A DNA stretch of 63,236 nt, counting the filler, from Welwitschia mirabilis (taxonomy: Eukaryota), in the NCBI GenBank assembly GCA_051453625.1. It is 4 parts of one record of this genome, joined end to end, with 100 filler letters (N's around TTAATTAATTAA, not from the genome) between each part and the next. Parts side by side here need not be neighbours in the genome. Positions count along the whole stretch, not along the records: positions 22,761 to 51,424 come from JBOZIK010000001.1; 3 more parts are not named here. One strand, given 5' to 3'. Position numbers and translations under genes: made by a program. Below the pieces are notes generated by a model. It saw only the letters and a program-made list of their open reading frames with translations, searched no databases and was not told the DNA's origin. This document shows positions 27,114 through 39,163 of the stretch, piece after piece; positions within the stretch are counted from its first letter, which is position 1, and every line of letters begins with the position of its first letter.

Positions 27114-28516
27114 TAATAGGATCGAGAACCCTAAGGAGGGGTGAATAGGTTCTTTAAAGTTTAAGTAAATAAACTCACAATATAATAAAAACTTCTTCAA
27201 AATAATTTGCTAATAAATTCATGCATAGAAAGAAAACCTAAAAGTATTTAAAGTAATGAAAATAATAAAAAGAATAAAATACTAAATAGATACACACAGA
27301 ATTTTATAGTGGTTTAGGAAATTCCCTACTCCGCTATCGATGATTAGCTTATTATCAAGCTTGATCTAGATCTTTGTTAATCTTTTAAGTATTATAGATT
27401 CACTTGTAACCTTTAAAAATGGAATTTTACAGGTTAAGTCTCAACTTTTTAACAGACTTTTATAAGCTAAGTCTCAACTTTTTAACGGACTTTTACAGGC
27501 TAAGTCTCAACCTTTTACAATGTAAGATAGTAATAAAATAATGTGAAGATGCACAAATATTACTTGTTCTTTGATATAATGATTTTAATAAATCTCTTCT
27601 TCTATAAAAGATGCAATAGTATAGTAACAAATTTGATTTTGAATGTACAAATATAATAAATGATAAATCATTTTTAGTCAGGATTACAATGCCAAGATGC
27701 TATAGTAAATATTACAATATTTAATCTTTAATCAAGAATCAAAAAATATTTTTAGTTATTTATCTTTTAGCTATTTATATTAGAAGGCTTTTAGGATTTA
27801 TTACAATTGAAAATGTACTTCCAATGTTTATAAATAACTAAAAAAATAGATATCTAATAGATACATAACAAATAGAAAGNNNNNNNNNNNNNNNNNNNNN
27901 NNNNNNNNNNNNNNNNNNNNNNNNNNNTGACTTACACAAGTCATTCAAGTGAACTTTTTGATCACCCTAGTTTCTTATGACTCCATGTCTAGTTGACTCT
28001 TCAGGGTTCAATCGACTCCATCTAGCTGCCTGCAACTCTGTCTAGTCATCCACTAGTCCTAATAAAAGTTTATTCTAATTTCCTGCATTAGGTCTGGTCG
28101 ATCCTTGCAGGTGTTTGGTCAATCCCATGATGATTGGCTTAGGGATATTAGCTACATAGTGCTTAGGTCNNNNNNNNNNNNNNNNNNNNNNNNNNNNNNN
28201 NNNNNNNNNNNNNNNNNNNNNNNNNNNNNNNNNNNNNNNNNNNNNNNNNNNNNNNNNNNNNNNNNNNNNNNNNNNNNNNNNNNNNNNNNNNNNNNNNNNN
28301 NNAAATTTGATTAATCCCTTTGAATTTAACCCATTGAAAGTCCAGTCAATCCCTTAAGAGAGTAAGTGAACTTAATAGATTTCCAATGATCAGAATTTGA
28401 TATTCATGGCTTTAGCATCTAAGCTGTAAGTGGTTAACATTTTCTACACAAGATACAAAAAATTTGCTATACAGAAAACATTAGTTTAACATCAATTGAT
28501 AAAACATAATCTAAGA
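27114..28516 (-). repeat. 5' LTR of element B
   Basis: Colinear with 12243-13784 and adjacent to the PBS. Termini TAATAGGATC...CATAATCTAAGA on the plus strand are decayed TG...CA. Confidence 0.85.
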
Positions 28517-29526
28517 CATCTGCCTTGTGAAACTAGAACATTCGGCCCTATATTCAATCTGAATTTACTAGGACGTCCACCCTATAAAATTGGGATGTTC
28601 AGACCTGTATTTAGTTTTTTATACTAGGACGTTTACCTTGTGAAACTACGATATCTAGACCTATATATGACATTTTATACTGGGACATTTATCCTATTTA
28701 ATTGGGATGTCGAACCCCATATTTAGTTTTTTAGAAAAAGCAAACTAAAATTAAGACATCCCCTCGATAGTATGTCTGGCCTTTTATTCATTGGTATGGA
28801 AATATACCTATTTATAGACATTAGCAATGGGCTTTAAATTTTTAATAGCTTCATTTTGGATGTCTAGCACATGCTTTAAGGATGAAAATCCTAGTCATTT
28901 CTATTTTACATAAAGACCTCTCTATTGTATTATAAAGAATGCATTAATATTTGAAAAAGATTTCTTTTGCACTGCATAAGATTTAATTGTATCAAAATTG
29001 CTTTACCTTTTGAGAGATATTATACTATTCTGAGTAATCTATCTTGAAGAGAAGATTATCTGAGCTTCAAAATGCTAATGATCTATGCTAGATCTAGGAA
29101 CGTTTGTATCAAAAATGTTTACCTATCTCTTATTCTCAGTTGTAAGTGGTTCAAGGATTTGAAAAGTGTCTTAGAAGCTGTACAAACTTCATTTAAACGA
29201 GTTATTATAGAAATCTCTTTATAGAAAAACCAAGAGGCTGATAGCTATTTGTTATGCCCTAAGAGTAAAGTAGGCTTGGTTAAACCACTATAAAAAATTG
29301 GTGCATTTGTTTTGTATAATCTTTATTATTTTATACTATTTTTGTTATTTTTGTTCATATGTTTTTAAATCTAAAGTTACTGTTATTATAAAATATTTTT
29401 ATATCCCTATTCACTTCCCCCTCTAGGATGCCTTTAGATCCTAACAATTATTATTAAAGTCTAGTTGCTCTAGATCTGCACATATTTTTTATTTTAATGT
29501 AGGATCAGTTTCAATAACATCCTCTA

Positions 29527-32500
29527 ATGTTTTAGAGCATCAAGAAGGTCAAGCAGTTTCAAGACCTCCCTTCTTAAATGGAAATAACTATACTCACTGG
29601 AAANNNNNNNNNNNNNNNNNNNNNNNNNNNNNNNNNNNNNNNNNNNNNNNNNNNNNNNNNNNNNNNNNNNNNNNNNNNNNNNNNNNNNNNNNNNNNNNNN
29701 NNNNNNNNNNNNNNNNNNNNNNNNNNNNNNNNNNNNNNNNNNNNNNNNNNNNNNNNNNNNNNNNNNNNNNNNNNNNNNNNNNNNNNNNNNNNNNNNNNNN
29801 NNNNNNNNNNNNNNNNNNNNNNNNNNNNNNNNNNNNNNNNNNNNNNNNNNNNNNNNNNNNNNNNNNNNNNNNNNNNNNNNNNNNNNNNNNNNNNNNNNNN
29901 NNNNNNNNNNNNNNNNNNNNNNNNNNNNNNNNNNNNNNNNNNNNNNNNNNNNNNNNNNNNNNNNNNNNNNNNNNNNNNNNNNNNNNNNNNNNNNNNNNNN
30001 NNNNNNNNNNNNNNNNNNNNNNNNNNNNNNNNNNNNNNNNNNNNNNNNNNNNNNNNNNNNNNNNNNNNNNNNNNNNNNNNNNNNNNNNNNNNNNNNNNNN
30101 NNNNNNNNNNNNNNNNNNNNNNNNNNNNNNNNNNNNNNNNNNNNNNNNNNNNNNNNNNNNNNNNNNNNNNNNNNNNNNNNNNNNNNNNNNNNNNNNNNNN
30201 NNNNNNNNNNNNNNNNNNNNNNNNNNNNNNNNNNNNNNNNNNNNNNNNNNNNNNNNNNNNNNNNNNNNNNNNNNNNNNNNNNNNNNNNNNNNNNNNNNNN
30301 NNNNNNNNNNNNNNNNNNNNNNNNNNNNNNNNNNNNNNNNNNNNNNNNNNNNNNNNNNNNNNNNNNNNNNNNNNNNNNNNNNNNNNNNNNNNNNNNNNNN
30401 NNNNNNNNNNNNNNNNNNNNNNNNNNNNNNNNNNNNNNNNNNNNNNNNNNNNNNNNNNNNNNNNNNNNNNNNNNNNNNNNNNNNNNNNNNNNNNNNNNNN
30501 NNNNNNNNNNNNNNNNNNNNNGCCACAAAATTCAAAAACATTATGATGGAAGAATTAGAATCTGTGGAAGAGTGTACCATAAAAATCATAATATTGTAAA
30601 CAACATGTGGGGATGGATGAAAGAGTTCTAGAGAATAGAGTTATAAGGAAGATTTTAAGAAGTATAACTACTAAATTTAGACCCAAAATCATGGCCATAT
30701 AAGAAAGCAAAGATATTGACAAAATGGAGGTTAAAGAAGTAAAAGGATCTCTAATGGCATATAAAGCCACTCTTCTTCTTGAAGAAGAAATTCCCAAAAA
30801 TAAAAGCATTGCACTCAAAGCTTATGATGATCATGAAGAAGCTTTCCCAAGTGAAGATAAAGAAGATGATGATCTAGCTTTTCTATCTTAAAACTTTAAG
30901 AGATTTCTCAAAAAAAATAAAGAGTACAAGAATTTAAAAAACAACTCTCAAAAAATGAATGATAAAGATAAGAGCTCATCTTCATCTATTCAACATTATA
31001 AGTGTAAGGAATTTTGCCATGTTTCCTCTAAGTATGCTAATAAAAGAAAGGAGAAGAAATCTAAGTTCAAAGGTAAGAAACCTTTTAAGATCACTTGGGA
31101 TGATGAGTCAAATATTGACACTCAATCAACTGATGATGANNNNNNNNNNNNNNNNNNNNNNNNNNNNNNNNNNNNNNNNNNNNNNNNNNNNNNNNNNNNN
31201 NNNNNNNNNNNNNNNNNNNNNNNNNNNNNNNNNNNNNNNAGAGTTTTCTCAAAAAAAACAAAGAGTTCAAGAATTTAAAAAATGACTCTTAAAAAATGAA
31301 TGATAAAGATAAGAGCTCATCTTCATCTATTCAATGTTATAAGGAATTTGGCCATGTTCCCTCTGAGTGTGCTAATAAAATAAAGGAGAAGAAATCTAAG
31401 TTCAAAGGGAAGAAAGATATTAAGATCACTTGGGATGATGAGTTAGTTGTTGACACTTAATCAAGTGATGATGAATCCTTAAACTTCAGATTAGTCACCT
31501 TTCTTAGCAATGAGAAAAGTCCAGTCCATTCCATTTGTTCCCCATGTATTAATCAATCTCAGGTATGCTTGAAAACTGAGATTCAATCTGATAATGATTC
31601 TGAAGATGGTGATATTTTTTATGCTTATGAGAAATTATATGAAATCAGTCTAGATCTAGATAACAAGAATGTTTTATATAAAAATAAAATATCAAATATT
31701 TAGTTGAATTTAAGACAAACTAACATGAAAATTAAATAATTATCTACGAACTTGCAAATCTCAAAAGGATAACTAAAAGATTGGCCCAAGGAAAGGACCA
31801 TCTCAATCATCTATAAGGTATGAAAAGATCTTCTTTTGACAAATCAATTTTTAGAAGTCATTCAAGTAAGTCTCTATCTTTAAATTTTTTCAACCAAGTC
31901 TGAAATTGCAATCTTTTGGTAAGGTTAGTTTGAAATGTTTTTACTGTAATAGATATGAGCACATTTAATATTCTTGTCCTTTAAGAAAGTCCATGAACTT
32001 TGGCTATGATAGTAAGAGATTCAAGTTTATTAAGTTAATNNNNNNNNNNNNNNNNNNNNNNNNNNNNNNNNNNNNNNNNNNNNNNNNNNNNNNNNNNNNN
32101 NNNNNNNNNNNNNNNNNNNNNNNNNNNNNNNNNNNNNNNNNNNNNNNNNNNNNNTATCTAGACAGTGGATGTTCTAGACATATGACAAGGAATAAAAGTT
32201 CACAGTCCTCTTTTCAAGAATATAATGGTGGTGAAGTGATTTTTGGGGATATCAACAAGGGATAAATTATTGATAAGGGTTCTATTGCTACTTCCATCTT
32301 TCATTGTATTATAAATAATGTTTATCTAGTTGATGGATTAAATCACAATCTTCTTAGTATCTCTCAGAGTTATGATAGAGGAAATGTAGTATATTTTTAC
32401 AATGATTAGATGTGTTATAAAAAATGTAGTAACAAACCAAAAGGTTATTAGTGTGAGATAAAATTACATGTATGTTCTTGGTTGTGAAGAAAAATTTAAT

Positions 32501-35158
32501 GAAGGATGTTATCTTACCCAAGTCAATGAAGTTAATTTATGGCATAGACATTTAGGCCATATGAACCTAAACGATTTGAAAACTATTTCATTAAAAGAAA
32601 TAATTAGAGGTATTCTAAAGTTAGACATAGCTCAAGGAAAAATTTGTGAGGCTTGCATTAAAAAAATTGGTTATATCTAGCTTCTTTAGTAAAAATAATA
32701 TTATTTCAAGTAAACTACTAGATTTTATTCATATGGAACTTATTGGACCAATCTAAATAAGAAATATTGATGTAGAAAATATTTTCTTATAATTGTTGAT
32801 TTTTTTCCTAGATTTTGTTGGGTATGCTTTTTATCTAGTAAAGATAAATCTTTTGATATGTTTATTAAAGTTTATAGGTAAAAATTCAAAAGGAGCAAGG
32901 GACTCCTTTTAAAACTATCTGAATAGACAGAGAAGATGAGTTAGATAATGATAGATTTGAATATTTTATAACTTTAATGGAATTAATTATCAATTTTTAG
33001 ATCCTATAACTCCTCAACAGAATGATATCATAGAAAGGAAGAATAGAGTTCTAATTGAAATTACATAAACTATGTTGAATGAACAATCTCTACTGCATTA
33101 TTTTTGGGTTAAAATAGTAAACATAGCTAGCTACATTTCCAACNNNNNNNNNNNNNNNNNNNNNNNNNNNNNNNNNNNNNNNNNNNNNNNNNNNNNNNNN
33201 NNNCTAACTATAGGTTATTTTAAAGTTTTTAGTAGCAAGTGTGGTATTTTTTAAGATAAAGGTACATTAAATTTAAATTTAGATGAAGGAATATCTATTA
33301 GTTATGATTAAATAAGTAAAGCTTATAGAGTGTTCAACAAATCCTCTAGGAAAATTAAGAAATTTGTCCATGTTAAGATAGATGATTTGGATGTAAGTTC
33401 TAATGGTTTAAACAGAAGTCATGATGTGGATTCTATTCTAGATATTTCTTTTAGTGACCTTAATGCTTCAACTTCTGAGACAAAATTCCTCCTCCAATTC
33501 AAATATAATTTTCAAAAAAAACTCAATATTTTCACTTTCTACTACAAAGAAGCAAATGAGATCATCCGATGGAAGTGGTAGTAAGAAATACAAATCAAGG
33601 GACTACAACAAGAAGTGATAAATATATTAGTCCAAGTTTTCTATGTTTTCTTTCTTCTTTGGAATGTACAAATTTTCAGGAAGCAAAAAAATTGAAGCAT
33701 AGATGCTAGCCATGCAAAATAAGCTCCACCAATTTAAGAGGAATAAAGTTTGAAACTTAATCTCTTCCCCACAAGAGAAGCATGTTATTGGAACTAAACA
33801 GGTTTTTGAAAATAAGAAAGATGAGAATCACAACATTATTCAAAATAAAACAAGATTTATTACTCAAGGGCACAGTCAACAAGAAGGTATAGATTATGAT
33901 GAGACATTTGCTCCAGCTGTTAGGTTAGAAGTTGGCTTTGGCATGTTTTGATAAAATTAAATTGTTTTAAATGAATGTAAAAAGTGCATTTTTGAATGGT
34001 TTTATGAATGAAGAAGTGTATGTGGCATAACCTCTAGAAATTTTCTAATTATGTTATAAATTGAACAAAGATCTCTATTATTTAAATTAAGCATCTAGAT
34101 CCTAGTTTAATAGGTTAAATTCCTTTCTTATTTCTAATGGTTTCATCAAAGGAAATGCTAATCCAAATTTTATTTATAAAACATAAAAATCAAGATAAAT
34201 TGATAGTTTAATTTTATGTTAATGATATAGTTTTTGGTTCAACAAATTTAGACTTGTAAAAAATTTGCCAAGCTTATGCAGAATGAATTTGAAATGAGTA
34301 TGGCAGGAGAACTCAATTTCTTTTTTGGTTTGCAAATCAAGTAATTAAAAGATGGGATTTTATCAGTCAAACCAAGTATATTCAAGACATTCTTAAGAAA
34401 TATGATATGAGCAATGTAAAAGATTCTCACAATCCTCCATCCATTACTGTTAAGATCAACAAAGATGTAAATGGTAAACAAATCAATTAAAAGTTGTTTA
34501 GAGGAATAATTAAAAGTCTCTTATATGTTACAGCAAGTAGACCTGATATAGCCCACAGTGTAGGTGTCTATGCCAAATACCAATTAAATCCAAAAGAATC
34601 CCATTATTTATGTGTGAAATGAATTTTAAAATATTTAAAATATACTTAAAATTTTGGTTTATGGAATTTATATGATATTACACTTGATCTAGTTGGTTAT
34701 AGTGATGCAAATCAGGCAAGTTGCAATGATGATAGAAAAAACACTAGTGAAGCTTATTTCTATATGGAAAATTACCTTGTATCATAGTTGAGTAACAAGA
34801 AAAACATAACTTCCTTATCCCCAAAGAAGTTAAATACATTGCTGCTGGATCTTGTTGTGCTTAACTTACTTGGATGAAATAAATTCTAATTGATTTTAGA
34901 GTAAAGATTACAATAATAAGTATGTATTGTGATAACATAAGTGCAATAAGTATCACTAAAAATTCAGTTCAATACTTTTGCACAAAACATATTAATATTG
35001 GACATTATTTTATTAGAGATCAAGTACAAAATGGTATTGTTGAATTAGAATATACTGATACTAATCACCAAATTGTAAATACTATGATTAAGGCTCTTAA
35101 TGAAGAGAATTTTATCTTTCTAAGGAAAAATTTAGGGATAGGCTCATATCCCTCTTAG
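29527..35158 (+). pseudogene. Decayed copia gag-pol of element C
   Basis: gag GQAVSRPPFLNGNNYTHWK; two CCHC remnants (~30995, ~31935); PR YLDSGCSRHMT (32155); pre-integrase LWHRHLGHMN; IN core (~32720-33380); RT with YVND for YVDD (~34215); RNase H YCDNISAI..TKHI...HYFIRD. Many stops and frameshifts. Confidence 0.92.
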
Positions 35159-35842
35159 GTATGAATTTCTTATTGATATACGCTGCTCTTAAATTTAATA
35201 TTATCTGGNNNNNNNNNNNNNNNNNNNNNNNNNNNNNNNNNNNNNNNNNNNNNNNNNNNNNNNNNNNNNNNNNNNNNNNNNNNNNNNNNNNNNNNNNNNN
35301 NNNNNNNNTTGACACTAATCACCAAATTGTAGATATTATGACCAAGGCTCTTAATGAAGAGCACTTCATTTTTCTAAGGAAAAATCTAGGGATAAGTCCA
35401 TATCCCTCTTAGGTATGAATTTCTTATTGATATACGCTGCTCTTAAATTTAATATTATCTGGGAAGAATTCCTCCATGTATCTCTTTCAATTGTATCTTT
35501 TTAGAATTTCTTTTGTCAAACTTATGTCTCTTTATCTCTTTCTTGCTTAAACATGCTGTCTATTTAGATTACAAATCGAGTGTCCCATCTTTATTTCCCA
35601 GACATCCACTTTTTTAAAAGGAGTTAATTTTTTTTCCTTTTTTTGGTTAGAAACTAGATGCCCCATATTTTTTTCCCAGACATCTAAGCTTAAGATAGTA
35701 TGGGCACTCGTGCTTTTACTAGGTTTTATCTATACATAAATTCTTATTTCTTTCTCTTTTTTAGCTTATTTCTTAAATCCTTTCTCTCTCTTTCTTCTTC
35801 CTCTTGTCTCCTTTGCTATTTGGACTCTACTCTACATCAGCC

Positions 35843-36840
35843 ATGATCAAAACTAAGATAGGTTTTTTAAGAAAAGAAAAGGAACTAGCTTTTGAAGAAT
35901 ATTAATTCACTGCTACAGCATTCAGAAAGGTTTAGTTTGAAGGATTGGACAAGAGGCCTATTACTCCTGAAAAAAAAATTGATTATAATATTTTAGGTAA
36001 GAAATGATAATAGCTCACAAATTTGAAGAACAAGGGTGGTAAATGCATTAGACCCTGATACACAAGCCTCTATAAGAATTATATGCATATTTTACTATAT
36101 TGCGGTTATTTTCTCTAGAGTTTATGGAAAAGAAGTTGTAGTAGACTTAAAAGCCATCTCTCTCATCACAAGTTATTCCAATGAGGGATTCTTTTATAAA
36201 TGTACATCTATCAGCTCATTACAAGAAGCTATTTTTAAGGATGTATTAACTACTGAGCTTTGTAAAGAGAACATTCCTTGGAAAGCCAACCTTCTAACAA
36301 ATAATCTTACACCATTTTACATAGTCGTGTTTTAGATTTTCATGTATAATCTAGTTCATAAGCTAGGGCACAAAGATAAAGTTTGTCCTCTTTGTACATA
36401 CATTCTATTATGTCTAGGCATAGATGTTAAAATCAACTTATGCAAATTTATTATGTTCTACATCAGTTAGCTTTTTATTATAAGTTACTTCAGCCTGCCA
36501 TTTGGTATTCTTATTATAACCATTTTAAAAAACCATCAGTTCTTCATTCAAAAGGATGAGGAGCTAATGAAGGTATCCAAACCCCTTGATTTGTATTCTC
36601 TTAATAAGATGAACATCTTCATAGAAATCATAAGGCCTGCTCCTCCTCCCAAGAAGAAACAAAGGACTAAAGAAGGACCAAGCATAGGTATTGTATCCAA
36701 TGCTAATTTCTTCAAGCAATATATGAGTTTCATGATTTTACCAGGGTTACAGCTAAAAAATTAAATAGTAAGATAGACAAGGTCTTATTTGGTTTATCAG
36801 CTTATGGTCTTGACATTCTAGTGAGTTCAAAGGCATAGTA
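35843..36840 (+). pseudogene. Degenerate extra ORF (env-like ORF2) of element C
   Basis: ATG at 35843 downstream of RNase H. Fragments IIC(I)FY..SRVYGKEVVVDLKAIS, LPFGILIITIL (~36495) and KPLDLYSLNKM parallel family B ORF2 motifs (RMFYCN, LPYSVLITKI, PIGNVTLSCM). Confidence 0.65.
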
Positions 36841-37289
36841 GACACTAGGGGAATAACTAGCTTCAACATCTTCTCCTTTTCATTTTGACTAGNNNNNNNN
36901 NNNNNNNNNNNNNNNNNNNNNNNNNNNNNNNNNNNNNNNNNNNNNNNNNNNNNNNNNNNNNNNNNNNNNNNNNNNNNNNNNNNNNNNNNNNNCTAAAAAA
37001 TAAAATAGTAAGATAGACAGGGTCTTATTTGTTTTATCAGCTTATGGTCTTGACATTCTAGTGAGTTCAAAGGAAGAGTGGGTACCAGGGGAACAACTAG
37101 CTTCAACAGCTTCTCCTTTTCATTTTAACTAGTCTTTTCCTTGCTTATTCTACTTCTCTTGATCATCTTGTCCATTTCTCTTTTTGTATTCCACTCTATC
37201 TTATGTACTTTACTTATCTTATAGTAATACAAAAGCTTTTTGTTAAAATCTCATGTGCCTTTTTTATTTATTAATATTGCTTTTCATTG

Positions 37290-37520
37290 ATGACAAAGGG
37301 GAAGAAAATATACAATTCGTTTTTGTTTTTGCTAATAAATAAACATTAATATTATTTGTATAGCATAGGTGCTTATCTAATCAATTATAGGGGAGATATC
37401 TAATTTCAATAAATTAACAAATATGTATAATTATGAAGGAGCAATTTTTTTTCATGGTAATCTAACTTCATCACCAAAATTCAATAGCGCATATAAGTTT
37501 GTCATCATTAAAAGGGGGCA
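37290..37520 (+). promoter_or_regulatory. Multiple polypurine tracts upstream of the 3' LTR of element C
   Basis: GACAAAGGGGGAAG (~37292), TAGGGGAGAT (~37388) and AAAAGGGGGCA (37510-37520). Confidence 0.75.
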
Positions 37521-39163
37521 TATTCCTAGAACATGAATTTTTAATGATAAAAATCAAACTCATAAGTTAGAAAACAAGTGTTCAATGGATTAAGATGTAT
37601 GCCCTATATAATCAAGATGTCTGAACATGTATGTACTTTTCTCTAGTAGGATGTCTAACTTTTGAAACTAGGACGTCTAGTTTTGTATTCGATCTAATAA
37701 TATTGGGATGTCTACCTTGTGAAACTAGGAAATCTAGACCTATATTTGGTTTTTTGTACTAGGACATCCACCTTGTAAAATCAGGATGTCCAAACTTATA
37801 CACGGTATTTTGTACTAGGATGTCCGGCCTATTAAACCGGGATGTNNNNNNNNNNNNNNNNNNNNNNNNNNNNNNNNNNNNNNNNNNNNNNNNNNNNNNN
37901 NNNNNNNNNNNNNNNNNNNNNNNNNNNNNNNNNNNNNNNNNNNNNTATAATTATGGAGGAGCTATTTTTTTCTCATGGTAATCTAACTTCATCACCTAAA
38001 TTCAATAGCGCATATGAGTTTGTCATCATTAAAAGGGGTCATATTCCTAGAACATGCATTTTTAATGATAAAAATCAAACTCATAAGTTAGAAAACAAGT
38101 CTTCAATGGATTAGGATGTCTGCCTTATATAATCAAGATGTCTGAACATGTATGTAGTTTTCTCTACTAGGATGTCTAACTTTTGAAACTAGGACGTCTA
38201 GCCTTGTATTTGATTTGATAATATTGGGACATCTACCTTGTGAAACTAAGACATCTAGACCTATATTTGGTTTTCTGTACTAGGACATCTACCTTGTAAA
38301 ATCAGGACGTCCAAACTTGTATGCAGTATTTTATACTAGGATGTCCAGCCTATTAAATCAGGATGTCTAACCTTGTATTTAGTTTTTTAGAAAAATAAGA
38401 TTAAAATTAGGACATCTAGGTCTCCTCAATCGGACATCTGGTCTTTTATTTATTAGCACAAACATATAGCCAGTTATAGATATTAGCTGTGAGTTTTAAC
38501 TTTTTAATGGCTTCTTTTTGAACATCTTGAACATGATTTAAGGATCAAAACCCTAGTCATTCCTCTTATACATAAATACCTCTCTATTGTATTGTAAAGT
38601 ATGCACTAATATTCGAAAAAGATTTCTTATGCACTGTAAAAGATTCTATTGTACCAAACTTGCTTTACCTTCTAAGAGCTATTATACTATTCTGAGCAAT
38701 CTATCTTGAATAGATAATTATCTGAGCTTTAAAANNNNNNNNNNNNNNNNNNNNNNNNNNNNNNNNNNNNNNNNNNNNNNNNNNNNNNNNNNNNNNNNNN
38801 NNNNNNNNNNNNNACACACACACACACACACACACACACGTGTACATACATTCCTAGTTGTAAATGGCTCAAGGATTTGAGTAGTGACTTGGAAGCCATA
38901 TGAACTCTGTGTGAAGGAGTTGTTGTAAAGATTTCTTTGATAAAGAAACTAGGAGGCTGATAGCTATTTGCTACCCCTTGAGAGTAAAGTAGGCTTGGCC
39001 AAACTACTATAAAAGTTTGATGCATTTGTTTTGTGTTTTCTTTATTATTTTATACTATTTTTGCTATTGTTATTCATGTGTTTTCAAATCTAAAATCACT
39101 GCTATTGCAAAATGTTTTTTAATCCTATTCAATTCCTCCCTAGGGTGCCTTCAGATCCTAATA
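37521..39163 (+). repeat. 3' LTR of element C (start and end each duplicated across gaps; alternative end 39709)
   Basis: Matches 12132-12242 and then 28517-29446 contiguously. Ends GATCCTAATA. Confidence 0.88.
38814..38839. repeat. (CA)n microsatellite, running into a gap
   Basis: About 13 visible AC units. Confidence 0.9.

Larger units (their letters stand above)
12243..28516 (-). mobile_element. Element B: non-autonomous Sirevirus-like copia element (LTR-gag-PR-ORF2-PPT-LTR; no IN/RT/RH seen), interrupted by element A
   Basis: LTR pair 27114-28516 and 12243-13784, tRNA-iMet PBS, gag and protease remnants, PPT AAAGGGGGAGAT. Flanks CATCC / CATCT. Confidence 0.85.
12132..39163 (+). mobile_element. 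Element C: full-structure but decayed Sirevirus-like Ty1/copia retrotransposon; its 5' LTR is split by element B
   Basis: 5' LTR = 12132-12242 plus 28517-29446, ending GATCCTAACA. Degenerate PBS follows, then gag-PR-IN-RT-RH in copia order, an extra ORF, multiple PPTs and a 3' LTR at ~37521-39163. Flanks CTTTC / CTTTT. Confidence 0.85.

Noticed and set aside
19939..30589. Long ORFs in the track (272-334 aa; also 46651-47350, 52900-53868, 62518-63120)
   Set aside because: They consist almost entirely of N runs translated as X.
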